A DNA stretch of 64,000 nt from Trichoplax adhaerens. Taxonomy: Eukaryota; Animalia; Placozoa. The stretch covers positions 4,574,844 through 4,638,843 of the forward strand of contig NW_002060949.1 in the NCBI RefSeq assembly GCF_000150275.1. Reading direction: 5' to 3'. The position numbers and the translations under genes were made by a program. Below, piece after piece: positions 37,505 through 52,400 of this stretch. A model generated the notes under the pieces. That model was not told the origin of the DNA and did no database searches. It worked only from the letters and a program-made list of their open reading frames with translations. Within the stretch, counting starts at the first letter, position 1, and every line of letters starts with the position of its first letter.

Positions 37505-40500
37505 ATGCATCGCATGATCTCGAAATATGTCAATCGACCTCTTTTCAGTCGATCCTTTATCCAACGTTATTATCTGAGTAATGTAGCTCAAGTTGATGAT
37601 GCCTTATTTCACCCGACTGAAGAAGAAAAGCAGGTACTTCAAGTTATATGCATACAATGTGTCGTAAGCTGCGCGTGCTATCATTCCGTAGTAACTTCTT
37701 TAGGGCAATCCAAAAGTATATGGGTCTATTTTATACCGTTCATATAATACAATCATGAGAGATTATTCCTTCATGTCATTTTATGATACGAGCAATGATG
37801 AAATGTGAAGTTACAATTCCAGTTATAGCAACAATACAGTAGATCAGTTACATTCTTCGCCGTATCCTACAACCGTAAAGTAAACTACAGATGTTTACGT
37901 ACCATGTATGGACGTGCGTATGTTATGACGTAGACGATAGGTGTTACTTGCTGGAAATATTGGAGAAATACCGAAACCTAAACTTGTCAAGATCGCTTTC
38001 ATGCAATTAAAATAGATATGTCATGACATATATACAGTATAGAACTATATACTTATTGACTATACTGAACATGGCTGAAGAGCGTACTGTTCGGTATGTC
38101 CACATAGGATACAGTAACTCAATCAGTTCAATTTTGTGACGGTAGTCAATTCTCTGGAACAACTTACTCTCAATAATACGTACACGCAAGTTTTGAAAAT
38201 TTTACAATTTATTCAACGTGATCGATCAGCGGTAATGGTGATTTATTTTAGTTAAGTTACAGCTTACCCTACAGTCATACGTTTTACGTCAAAAAGCGTA
38301 ATTGAATTGTGCAATATAGGTAGAAGATATAGCATGTTAGATCAGTGTATCGGATCACTATATTCACATGCTTTCTTTGAGGAAGCTTTGGAGATCTGAA
38401 TAAGTACTACACCTTACTGTACACTGTATAACTTGGGTATGAAGTCGTTCTGATGTGCATATCATACTCGTATAGCTTCGACAAACTATTTTCAAATTCG
38501 CCCAAGAAGAGCTAGCCCCTTATGCGGCTGAAATCGATGCTAAGGATGAATTTACAGAATTACGATCGTTCTGGAGGAAGTTAGGAGACATGGGTTTACA
38601 TGGGATTACAGTACCAGAGAGTGAAGGTGGTGCTGGAGGAAGCTATATGGACCATTGTATTACAATTGAAGAGCTAGCAAGGGCTTCCCCATCAGTTGGT
38701 ATGAGCTACGCTGTCCACTCTAATATGTGCATTAATCAGTTGGTCCGAAATGGAAATGCAGAACAAAAAGCCAAATATCTTCCCAAGGTACTGTCAGCAT
38801 TTCTTACTAAAATAGTATATGGCCTATTTCTCTGATAATTATAATCAATACTACTATGCAAGTTTGATATAGGCAATCAGTCATTGTGCTGTCAATTTTA
38901 TTCTATACCATCTCATATCTTATTATTATGTTTGCTTTGTTTCTGTTGACATCAAATATTCCACTACTAAAGCTGATAAGTGGTGAATATATCGGTGCTT
39001 TGGCAATGAGCGAACCAAATGCTGGTAGCGATGTCATGTCCTTGAGACTTCGCGCGGAAAAACAAGGTTAGTACGTTGTGTTGCTCCTATGCTTACTAAC
39101 CAATTGCATCCGCAATGCTTGGATTGCAACACATGAGTTAGGATTTATTCACCATAAAGGTTAATACAGTTGTACATAAAACATGATGCGATCAATACAT
39201 TTTTACGAAATATCCTTTCTACTGTTATCAATATGTATCAAATAGAAGAATGGTAAATGAACTTGATTGATATTTTCACAATTTTCTTCACTTTAGGGAA
39301 TCACTACGTTCTAAATGGAACTAAATTCTGGATTACCAATGGGCCTGTTGCAGATATTATCATAGTTTATGCTAAAACTGATCCTGCTGCTCACCAACAT
39401 GGAATATCGGCATTTATAGTCGAAACGGTACGCAATCATTAGTCGTGAAATAAAATTAGCCTTGGCTAAGTGATTACTTAAACAGATATAGCTATTGATA
39501 GCCTAACACCATTTCCGGTATATGTTACGTAGAAAACACCTGGATTTTCGATCGCACAGAAATTAGATAAACTAGGTTTAAGAGGCTCAGAAACTGGCGA
39601 ATTAGTATTTGAAGATTGCAAAATTCCTGAAGAAAATATTTTAGGGCGTGTAAATAAAGGTTACTTTGATATATTATATACAAGATATTTTGATGAGAAT
39701 AAAGTTGATTAATACGATAATCCTTTCCCTAGGAGTTCAAGTCCTGATGAGTGGACTTGATTTGGAAAGAGGAACACTGGCAGGCGGTGCTATTGGCATA
39801 ATGCAGTCGGTTGTTGACGTTGTCTACCCATACGTTCATACGAGGGAACAATTTGATCAGAAAATTGGTCAATTTCAGGTAGAATGACCACCTCGCTTGG
39901 ATTTAAGTTATTTTTCAAGGCGAATTGATCAGACTACTGTCACAGTCAATTCCTGCACAAGATTTTTTTTTAATGTATAGTCGTGTGAATTAAAAGGAAT
40001 TTTTTGATTTCACTTAATTATTCCATCTCGATGATCATAATCGTACCGTGTTTAAAATTTTTGTTTTCCTTTCAGATGATTCAGTCCAAATTGGCCGATA
40101 TGTATAACACCTTAAACCTGTGTCGTAGTTATCTGTATAATGTTGTCCGAGCATTTGATAGAGGTGTTATTAGAAGCGCAGTGAGTATAGCTATATAACT
40201 TAAAATGAACTGTACTTCTGCGTATCCCTGTAAGGTGTAAAGATTACTTAACAATAATATCTTGTTTACTTTATTAAGTTGCTTCTTTCAAATTTATGAT
40301 CCTAAATCTATCAAAATCAATAATGATCCGATTTAATAGGATTGTGCAGCAGCAGGAATTCTGGTTGGAGAAAATGCTACACAAATGGCTTTAGATGGTA
40401 TTCAATGTTTAGGTACGTCTGGTCTTTAGAATAGTGAGCTACCATTGTAGTATACAATACAACTTGTAAATTGGCTTCAACTGCATATCATATTTCTGTT

Positions 40501-40685
40501 TATGTAATTTATAAAATCACTATTCTCTCAATTTCTTGTAATTAGGTGGCAATGGCTACATTAATGATTATCCGACCGGACGAATGTTGCGAGATGCTAA
40601 GATATTTGAAATTGCTGGTGGAACTCAAGAAATTAGAAAGCTCATCGTTGGTAGAAGCATTAATGCTCACTACATGGGAAAGTGA
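37505..40685 (+). CDS. IVD paralogue with altered substrate pocket (acyl-CoA dehydrogenase), 9 exons
   Basis: Intron positions match the IVD copy. Exon 1 is 37505-37633 ([18 protein letters not shown]...PTEEEKQ). Motifs are [22 protein letters not shown] and [12 protein letters not shown]. Stop TGA is at 40683-40685. Confidence 0.93.
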
Positions 40686-42890
40686 GGCTTTGAATACCTC
40701 TTATTAGTCTCGTAGATTTATATTATAACCATTTCTACTATGGATATTTGATGAGAATAACTATCTTGTGATTACCGTACAGTGTAATCATTACTTTAAA
40801 TAATGCTAAGTTTATAAAATGCAAAACCTGATCAAGCACAGAAAACATTTAAAGGTAATTAAATTCGAAAGCTTTATCTGATCAATATTTCAAGCATATC
40901 AGAAAAAAATTGGGGGAGCAAATCTGCAGTTATTATTTTTATAACTGTAAGATACATTTCCAATAAAATTGCAATATCTACTCATTCAATGACACAACCA
41001 AGTGTTTGCGCTTATCTGTGAATTTTTAAAGTCAATCAATAAAATGAAGAAACATATGCAATCGCCACCATGTTACTTAATATTATTGCATAATACTGTA
41101 TAAAGAATACTACTACGTAGAAATACGTACGTAGCAAAGTTCATAAATATTTTCTCTCCTGATCACTATCACTTTCAGTTGGAGAGTAATTTGGTAACGA
41201 TAATCAATGATACGCTTGGCCTGTACCATAGAATATTAGGAATAAAGCACAATATTGCACAATGGTAGACTAGGCTAGACATGTAGAGGAAAGTATCTGA
41301 TTAATTCGATTAAGTTCATACTTGCGGAAGTATACCATTGAGTTCTGATATGAGTCATGTATTTAACTTGTTGCAATTACTACTTTAGCGTAATGTTAGA
41401 GTATGACTTATAAGTGATCTCTATAATTATTGAAATAGGAACAAATCAACCTATACTTGACGATTTATTTTACTGCGATAGGTCAATCTAACCTGATCTA
41501 ACTATAGTAACCTCTAGCAGCAAGTAGCAAAATGTGCGCTTACTGCATTTGTTTATACTCTTAGTCTGTGAATAGCTTAGAGGATTGGTTGTACACTAAA
41601 TTCAAGTCATCTTTCTATACTCTTTTTGTATACCTTACTGAGACTGATTTGCCGGTACATTATCTAAAAAACAACAAAGTAGTTTCAGCAAAATATTCGA
41701 AAAGAGTATACGCTCGTATAGTATTGACGATAATTTTGTATAATTAAATTTATTGTTCGCTAAACGCGTATATCTACTTGTGTCTAGCGATGTAAGCGGT
41801 TTATGACTATACTAAATACTAAATATGACTTGGTAAGAGATTTTTAAAGATCTTATAAGGTATTTCAGTATAAATATTTATATTCATAAATGCTATAGTC
41901 TAGGTAATGAGACTGATAGCGTAGTAGAAATACAGTACTTTATTGACTGAATTTATTCAAAAATAAATTATAGCAATGCTATTAACTTGAAATTGCACTA
42001 CTGTACACTGAGTGTACAGTGTACAGTACAGTATAATGTATTCCGTGGAATTTTCACGGGTTTCGCTAGATTAAAGATATGCTCCTCTCCAAGATAGGAG
42101 TCAATTTTGAGTTTGAGCACACTTTCAATCTAGATGTTTTTAATTTTTCCATTTTAACTATTCATAGCTCAGCTGATCGATAAACACACAAAATTGCCCA
42201 TCATTTCGTGCTATTACCCTTGAAAGAAGAAAGGAAAGTTAATTTCATCCAGACTGACAGACAGACGACCGATAATATCGATGATGTCATGATTTACCTG
42301 TACGGTAATACAGTACAGTAATGTACTGTATCGCCTCCCGTACAGTACCGCTACTGTACAGTAAAGTACAGTACAGTACTGCTGTACAGACCGTACAGTA
42401 CCATGACTTGTGACGGCTTAAAAAGAATAAAAAGAATCTCCACAAGTTTTTGCTCGTCCTTTGAATCGAGAATGCAACAGCGAAGAGGTTGAGAAAGGTG
42501 ATTTGGATACTGTATCGAGCGAAGATTGGGAATAGAAATTATTGAATGTAAGTTGGCTTTGTATTTAGACATCAGTTAGCCTTTGGCCATTGATTTAGAG
42601 GACTAACAAGATTCTGCGGTAGGCGGATAGTGTGCTCATACAAGCGTAGTGATCGTCTTAAACCTCATTTAATCGTGCAGAAAAGGTGCCAAATAAATAG
42701 TGCAGTGTGCAAAAAAAGAGCAACATCGCTTAGAAGAGGTATACTGCCAAAGAGTAGGATAACCATTGCTGCGAGAATCATCGTCTATCCCACACCATTG
42801 GATAGTAGATAGGAGATAGAACTGGAGGTAGAGCTATAGCACTGGCTTTCTCTGACTTGCGATTGTATAGCGGAGCTGCTACCTAAATCA

Positions 42891-45800
42891 ATGGATGAAG
42901 TTCATACTACCAAAGTGGTGCTACTTGGCCGAACAGGCTCGGGCAAAACTTCCTTAATCGTTCGCTACATATCATCTGTTTTCTCAGAAAATGTTAAACC
43001 AGTAAGTTAAATAAATGAAACGTGATCATAAAATTGGATATCTTACTTATTTTGTGCCATAAAGTAATTCAAAATTCAAGGCAGAGTAGTTAGTATAACA
43101 ATATTAACATATTCTATCTACGATGTCCGTATTGCCTCTCAAAATGATTTACAGTAAGTGTACAGTACAATACAACTAATCAATCAAGTACCGTCTTTGG
43201 ACTATCATAAATGGATTTACCAATAGCATATATGTTCAAATAGGATCTTACTACAAAGATCGAGATTATATTAGAGAATTTAAGACTTCAAGAACGTGAG
43301 ATAGACGGTAGCTGGGCTAAATGGACAATGCAGTATAATTTTATACATTGTTGCAATATTATAGTATACGATTATACCTGTCAATACGGTATACTGCATG
43401 TGCGAAATATCATCCTGATTTAAAGATGCACAGTAGATGCTAATAGATTTATACAGTGAATGCAGATTAAATCCAATCATTTGGTATCATTGCTTTAATA
43501 ATTACTTTATTGTGACATCTTAGCAAGCTGTCAGAATAAAAGTTTTCAATAGCCGGGTTGAATAACCCCAGCTGCTACAGCTATCATCCTCCACTTTCAT
43601 TCGTACCTTGAGTTTTCACCATTCTAAAAGTTGTAATCTTATGCTGGAAGGAATTAGGCTAGCCATAAAACATTTTCGAAAGTCGTACTGAAGATTCAAA
43701 TCTTGTTGCTATAGTATTGTAATATGCTCTTACTTTCCTTGATTATACTGTTCTTTAAAGTTGCACCACCTGGTATATCGATGTAGACCTTGTAATTGAT
43801 TCCATGTTATCAATGTTGATGCGACCTAATAACGCATGCATTTGTTGATTTCATGCAATGGTAGCTTAGTGTGTTTATAATTCTGTAAGCTTTACAAGGC
43901 AAATTTCGCTAGAATTAATGCTACCTGCTACTAGTATGATACAAAAATTTTGCAGAGATGTCTAACAAGATAACGGATATTAACTGAATAAATGCTATCA
44001 ACGTACTCGTTCTATGCCTATTTTATGTTAGAATAGCAATTTGTGGTAAAGTCATCACAATCATTAAGAATACAGTCTAATGATCCTAACACCCAGCTTA
44101 AGTAAAATGATACGGCAGAACATTTCGATCCTATCATCATTGCTTTTATGTGATAGCCGTAGTGTTAATTATAACAGCTAACAATGTAATAACTTTCGAT
44201 ACTTCGTGACATTTCGTTCAACTATACTTTAAAATCAACGGTATACGTGTAGTCTAGTAGAAAATATTAATATTTGTAATTGTTATGCGTAATTGCTCTT
44301 GGATAGGATAACTTACATGTGTAAAACAATTCGTACAGTATCATTATTTACTTTGGAAGCATACTGAACGTCAACAACGTATAATACTTTATTACAGACC
44401 ATTGGAGCAGCTTTCTCAAAAAAGACAGTACAATTGATACATGGAGAAGAACGGAAACAAGTTGTATTGGCTATTTGGGTAATTAAATCGAAATATGATA
44501 ATATTTAAATTAAATCATATTAAATTTAAAACGATACAATTAAGATGCTGTCAAATACGATAACAAATAAAATTTCTATTAGAGATATGGTTTTTGACTA
44601 ATATTCGTGTATATCTAATAACCTCGATCACTCGAAATCTTTGTGCATACAATACGTCGCAAACTCTATGGTGTACTATCTCATAGTAATTTATGACTTC
44701 ATTAACAGACTGTCCTATTGTCACATTTTGGTTTAACTTACTTTTAAAGGATACTGCTGGCGACGAACGTTATGAGTCTATGGCGCCTCTTTACTATAGA
44801 AATTCATCTGCAGCAATTATCTGCTTCGGTAAATAATTATGTACTTTGTTATTTATACCGGTAAAATAGTGACATCAGATCTCATCAATGCATTTTAAAG
44901 TTTTTATTATACTTTTTACATGCGTGACAATAGTGACGTTGTTACTACACTTGTTTTGTTACTACGCTAAGTTGTTATAAACGTGGTCACTGAAGAGCAG
45001 CTTTTACCTACTCTTCGCGAAATTATTAATTTTGGAGAATACCAATATATTTGCAATATCTATTGAATTTAGTAAACATTTTAATATTACAACATTGAAT
45101 TGACAAAACAATTTTTATTTTACAGATTTAGCAGATCGGCAGAGTTATAATAAAGTTGATTTCTGGGTTAAAGAACTGGTGGAGAAGGTTGAGGTACGGG
45201 TTAACGTTTGTGTGTGTAGTCAGAGTTGTAATTGGTTACATTTACAATCACCGATATTTAGCAGGCTTAGCATACTAAAATTGTAAAGAATTAATGCAAA
45301 ATAAATAGCATCTCTCACAGAGCTATTATTCATTTCATTTAAGCAGAACTGCAAATTATACATCTGTGGGACAAAAACTGATTTATTGGCGGAATATGGA
45401 GGCCCCCTGAAACGTGCCGTTGGCCCAACTGAAGTTATGGCTTATGCTAAAAGTGAGTGCAATATGAGATTTACTATAAACTAAACGAATTAATTGATTT
45501 GTGTTGCGAAAAACAAGATCTACTAAGCAATAATAGCACTCATGTAAAAATTTGATGAGACCTACATATTTCATTCTACTAGTATTAACATTTCCGTATA
45601 ATATATTATATGTATCATTTATTCCATATTGTAATAATATTTATTTGTTTTTACGTTATCAAATGTACTGAGCTGTATATTATTTTGCATAATATTGCCT
45701 AATTTTATTTCGATATTATTTCTTATTCAGAGCTTAACGCAAAATTTGTAGAAACGTCAAGCAAAAGTAACTACGGAATTGGTATGTTTTGAAGATGTTA

Positions 45801-46406
45801 TGTCACTTACTACTTTAGTAATGCAACGTGCTACATGATTTATTGATTGATAAGCGAACTGGTGTGATACTTATAAGAATTGACTTAAATTTTACACTTG
45901 TTTATTCGTTATTTTTTTTATTTAGATGACCTATTTAAATTAGTTGCGGCAGATTTTGCAGGCTTTACTCTATGTGAAGGTATGGAGAAACGGAATTTAT
46001 TAAATAGGTTTTATTATGTATCACCATGGCTACTATAATAATTTGGGAGGAGAAAAATAGATTATCATTAATTTCGAGATATTGGTATTGCATTTATGCA
46101 AGTTTCATATAGTATGAAAGGAAATTGAATGGAATATTGCAAACTTTTGCTATAGATATACAAGTAGTAAACTTTTGTACAATTAATACCGTAATGTACT
46201 TGCTAAGAGTTAATCATAATTTATATTTTGATTTGGCTTGGGTATGTCATCTTTTAATTATAGCATGTACATTATTAACCTATGTAATAAAACATAGCGT
46301 AATTGTCTTTTTCATCTTTTCATTAGCTCCACCTATTGAAGATTCCTTACGTCTGCAAGAACCTAATCAAACAGATGTTAATGAAAAGAGTTCCTGTTGT
46401 TTTTAG
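42891..46406 (+). CDS. RAB24: Rab24-like small GTPase, 8 exons
   Basis: Spliced translation: KVVLLGRTGSGKTS..P|TIGAAF..IW|DTAGDERYESMAPLYYR..FWVKEL..ICGTKTDL..VETSSK..SSCCF*. GTKxD, ETSSK and the non-Gln switch II are Rab24 traits. Exons 42891-43001, 44398-44478, 44750-44828, 45126-45193, 45347-45452, 45731-45781, 45927-45979 and 46327-46406. Confidence 0.85.
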
Positions 46407-49400
46407 ACACTTATTTATAGGATCCTTCATTATTAGCCTTCTAAATACTTTTCTTTACCAAATCTGCAACTAGAGTCTATGCAGTTTAATCACTAAAAAA
46501 TCTTGTAAATTCAACGATTTATTTCAGCCAATCAAATCGTCAAAGAAAAATATTAAGAAAAGCACACCTTTGTGTATAATCGCAATTTTCCCAACTGAAT
46601 ATCTACACAGTATTTGTTAGTAATAGATAGTATGATATAAGAGTATAATATATTTATAGACACGCAAAAATCATACTGAGAAAGTTGAAATAGCATAGGA
46701 ACATATCACGTTGCATTATTAGATTTTATTATAAAATAGTACAGCTTCTTAGACGAATAGCGTATAGTGAACGTTTAGTGTGGTTTATAATACTCATTTA
46801 CTATTTCTGCGTTATGTTATAAATTGTCAAGATTTTATTTGGAGATTATTCTGATTTACTAGGGTGGTTACTGATACATTATGAATTAATTCTCTATGAT
46901 TTAGCTTAGTTAACTTTAATTTTATAAAGTATAATTTAACTGTTCCTATTAATATAATTATAGATATTTCGTGTGAAATTTCTTTGCATACAATCATGTA
47001 TTTATAATATATTGAGTATCGATCTTGAAATACAATCATGTAATATTTTAGTCACAAACAGTAGAAATATCGTATACACTCTGATTACCGCCATTTTTCT
47101 ATAAAGAAGTACAGTATAAGAATTTAATCTATAAATAAAAAATGAAATTGCCAAATCATATCACCGCAAAGTCAGATAGACTGCATGCTACATCATTTAC
47201 CTGAGTTATTCAATGAAGTAAATTAATGTTCAATGCCTTCATTCTCACTTGCTGATGTTTTTACAATTGAACATGCCGATCCATTGCCGTTAAAAAATGG
47301 AATCAGGTGCGATGATAACAAACTCATAACATACAGCTTATAAAGTAAGTGATGTGAGAATGTTATACGTATGCGTGGGTATTTCAATGATCAGCAATAA
47401 TGTTTTAGCGATTGTAACTGTTAGTAGAATATTAATACTCAATTACTATGTTGAGTAGCATATTCCCATAGGTGTTAATGAATTATTGTCGTGGTCATTC
47501 TTAAAAATGCTGACTGATCTATTTATTCATTAATTACGAATAGCGCTACATAAAGGGATTATAGTATTTATAGAATAAGAATACAGAGTAATACTAAGTT
47601 GAACTGTAGCCATGGCTTTAGCTAGCCAAAGTAAAATTGTATGCGTTAATCAAAAAGTTATCCGTAGGATGAAAGGAGGAGAACTATCAACAATATTAGT
47701 ACAGAAACAAATATTATGCGATCAGCTTAATTAACAATAGCTATATAGATTTATGTGGTCGACCAAGGAAAAAGTATAATTATTTTACATAATTTTCATG
47801 TATTACAATCTCGGCCGTAACATTAGATTTTCCTGGTTTCTTGCGCAATAAATTTGGCCGTTGGTGCTACGAATGAGAAATATTATTGCTAGGATTAAAA
47901 TGCATTGGAAGTACTCGTATATAGGCAAAGGACACCCAGTAAAAATCGATCACTCAAGCTGTTTAACCTCTATGATTTAACCCATTATCGGCGCTGGACT
48001 GGATTCCTGCCTAGGATTGTTTGATTTATTATGAATATTTCACGATTGGTATAGTTTCGGGAATGACTGACTACTGATATCGCGACTAGACAATATCTAT
48101 CTTGAATTTTGTGAAATTTCTTTAATAGTGTTATATACTGAAATTTTTCTTTATGAATGTGCATCAGTAAACATATATATAATAATTGTATATTTCGTTA
48201 CGAATTCATGCCGTTATAAGTAAATACTTGTACATAAATCAATTACTACATGCTCTGATTTTCAAGTCAGTTAAATTTTCTCTAATATATATCTAAAGTA
48301 CCTACTTTTCTTCTTAAACTGCTATATTTAGACTAACTAGTGAAAATATTCGGTAATATAAGCTATCCATACTCGAAAAATTGTACTCCCTTAATAATTT
48401 GATTGTAAATAGGCCTATATAATAGATTACTATTCTATAGAGTAAACTTCGTACACTAGCTCCAATTACACAAATAAGTAACATGTTTTTAAATATTAAA
48501 TTTTGTTTTTATTTATTTCCGTCATATATCTTCGTATATAATTATCCCATGCGAGGATTAGCTCTAATTAATTGAAGTCTACTTTAGTTCCTGTTATATT
48601 TAATATTAGATTTATTATTACAATATGGCTAGTTACTATGAAAAACGGAAGGTGCTATAAATAATAAGCTAGAAATTTTATTAAACAAGTAAATAAAGTA
48701 ATGTTTATCTTTTTATTGAAGTTTCAAAATTTTATCACTCTAATAGCGTGAGAATAGTTACAATGGCAATTATATATTTGATATTCATCGAAAAACATTT
48801 CCTTGAAACTACCTAATTTCCCCATATGAAAATTATTTTAGTAAAATAGTTAAAATTTTACGTTTTATGACCGATATCATCACGATCTATTTTGCGAGTT
48901 TTAGGTTCTAAATTAAGAAGTCTATTATTTTTATTTTTATCAATCGATTCGATACCAATACTGAATTGTAATTTAGTATGAATCGTATGTGCTAATGACA
49001 TAGTTCTATAGCTAATATATTTTTCTCATTGAAAGGGCAATATAACGAATGTAATCCAATTCCCAAATATGAAAATAAAATTTTAAGCTGAAATATTATT
49101 TGAAGACTTCTGTGTATTACACATTTCGCGTAATTCTTTGCGTAGGACGAAAGCACTTTAAAGTCTAATAGTGCAAATATCAACCAATGCTTCGGTTATA
49201 TTCAAAGTCAATCTTCTTCAATTGAACGTTATGGGAGTTTTGCAATGAGAGAGAAGATCATTCTTTTAGATTCTAGTTGAGAATAACGACTGGTTGGATA
49301 AACTAACACAAGACAGGTCTAATTACTGTATGTTGCACATTTTTAAACTAGCATGTCTCATGAAATACACCGTGAGTAGGTTGAGTTCGAGATTAGCATT

Positions 49401-52400
49401 TATTAGATTTCCAGTCCCTTAAATAATAATCCATTTTCGTGTAAGGCTTAGGGAAGTGGACACCTTGCATGCACGATTAAAGTATGAATTACTAAACATA
49501 TGATATTATCACGTATTAATTTATTGACTATATAATGCACACCTACTAGCTATAGTAATAAATATATTCCCGTACTAAAATATGTAACTCCGTCTGATTG
49601 TAAATTAATTTTAAATTTAAATACCTCACAACATTTATAACACTATGCAATGAAGTGGCTACAAGTCTTATTATTTACTATGATAAGTGTATCGATAAGA
49701 ATGTGCTCTCGTTACAAATAGTCAGCTTTAGGAACTAGCTATGAGGCTGACATTACACCAGCTAAAGACTTGATACTTAGTCTAATATAAGAAGAAGTCA
49801 TCTTCTGTTTCCCAATACACTTTCCAACATCAGATGTAGACATTAATCTTAATTCAGTTTTAAACGTTACTATAGATTAATAATTGGTATGCTATCTTTT
49901 CTTTCATTAAAATGATCAAATACCGGTGTCTGAGTTTGATAATCAGGTATCAGTATGTAAGTTGAATTACTATATAGGTGTAGGTACATTAATAAGCTTC
50001 AACGTTTTACAAAATTAAGTTATATATTTAGTTTAATTGTGTCATAAAGTATCTTTAAAATAATAAACAAGAACTCCCTTTTCTTGAAAACTCTACTTCA
50101 TTACATAAATCAAGTTCGTCTTACAACGGCCAAGGACAATCTGGCAGCAATCAGGCCATTTATCTTTATAATTTTAATCTTAAGCTAATTTGGATCTGCA
50201 ATGAATATTGATTTTAATAATTATTATGATTTTGACACTAAATTATAGAATATAAAATGCTATGCGACATTGTAATCTACTATAAGTACATCAAAATAAA
50301 GATAGTATTTAGTATTTTATTATCTCTAGGACATAGAAATATCGTAACGACAATTATCATATAATTTATGTCAAAGAAATTAGAGTTTGTCGATCAATAA
50401 ATTATAAAATATTAAGTCATACAATGACATAACTATAATAAATGAATGTTAACGTCAGATTGACGTCAAACAGCTAAGATAATTGATAATATAGAATAAT
50501 AATTTTAAAACGAAATTTCGCTTAGTGTAGGTGTGGCTAAAATGTAGATTAAAAGTTATTTCTATTCAGGTTTTAGTAAGAGCATTATACTGCTATTCGC
50601 GATATGTTGAAGTAGATACACAATTAGTCTGATCATAGCGTCAATCTTTTTATCTATAGATTACATTGTAACTAAAAGATACCGCTTTTGTATTATTTTT
50701 TATTTAAAAATGAAGTGGAATTCTCATCTGATCTATAGTTACTCTGTCTTCAGTCTTAAAACTAATAAAAGAATGTAACAATTTATGAGAATTTCTCAGT
50801 CATTCCGGTGAATAATGGATCACTATTGTCACCGAATAGAATACGAAGAAAAATCAATCCATTAGGAATTGCGTTTACGACTCGGTGGAAATGTTGATAA
50901 TGATTAAAATGATTTATTCAATAACTATTCGTAAATCGTATAGTTATGTGTTTGTATTTTATGTTAATTATCGTAAGTTTCGATAGATTATGTAATTAAT
51001 AAATTGCTCTTTAATTTATTTATACAACCGCAATTTATAATTAATAATAATCAAAGAGAATATACAGTAGCAGTTTATTGGAATTAACTCACTGATCAAT
51101 CTTTCTGTCTTGGCATCAATTAAATATTTACCGTTATTTTTAAATTATTAATTAAGCTTGATCATCGAAAAATAATTTTCTGAATGCTCCATATAAAATA
51201 TATTGTTATAAACTTTGCTATTTTCTCATAAATTATAATTTTTTAATTTACTGAATGCATATATGATATGGTGGCTATAGAACACACTGAAATACTATTT
51301 TAGAATAATAATTATAGATAATGAAATATTTAAATTAATAAGTTACATTCTTTAACTCTGCCAGTCAGCATGATCCAGTTTGCCCTGCATTTAGCTGAGC
51401 TATTTAGCCTTGTATTTCATTCAAATAAACCTAGAGACATATGATCTTGAACGAAATAGCTTTAAATATTGTTTAATTACATATTATACGTTTATGAATT
51501 AGTTTTACGTATATCAACGTTGCAAATAAGGCTATGCAGACAGTATTCTCTCTTTAGTCGAGAATAGTATCCTTATGTTTATATAGCTAGTGGTAATATA
51601 AAATAGTACGTTCTAGAGTCTTTATTATAACTGATTTCTCAAATTGATAGGGTGAAGTAGCTATAACAATATTCTACGATCGTGATTTTAATAGATACAA
51701 CTGAGAGCTGATTGTTGTAAATGGAGTATTTCAGGCATTAAATAAATTTACTCCAAGATTAATATAGATTTATATATTATCTTTTGCGCTAATCTATACA
51801 TCTTTTTGTAATTATAAATGGATATCATATTCATAGCGTGACGCTGCCCCAGGACGTTCTCATGCCTTTGTATTTTCGCACTAATTTAAGATTCTTTAAT
51901 TTTTGTTATATTACTACTTATGGCTTTCTAGATTGATAGGCATCTACAATAGATGGTCAAAAATTTCAATTTGGTAATACTGATAATGATTTAATAACTT
52001 TAACAGATACTTATTATACTATTGGAGTTATAGCGACCGTTACTTGCATGTATAAACATTTATTTATTATTCTAAGTCGTTATCTTAATAGTTTTTTTAT
52101 ATATCGGCAATATCCTGTTACGATAATTTATTTAAGGCCTGTCTAAGATAATGTTGGAATGAAATTTCTAAATTTTAGCTATTAAATGGCAGGACACTAC
52201 AGATTTGAATTAATTGCGTATATTCAAATGATGAATTTTATTGCACTAGCACCTCCGAAATGTTCCACATGTCTGCAATATCTATATCAATTACCAGTAA
52301 GTAAATGGTATTAGTATTGTAGAATATGTCCTACAAAAGTATTTGCTCGAAGAGTCCAGGATTGATTCTGTAAAAAAATGCATATACTATCATTTAGAAT

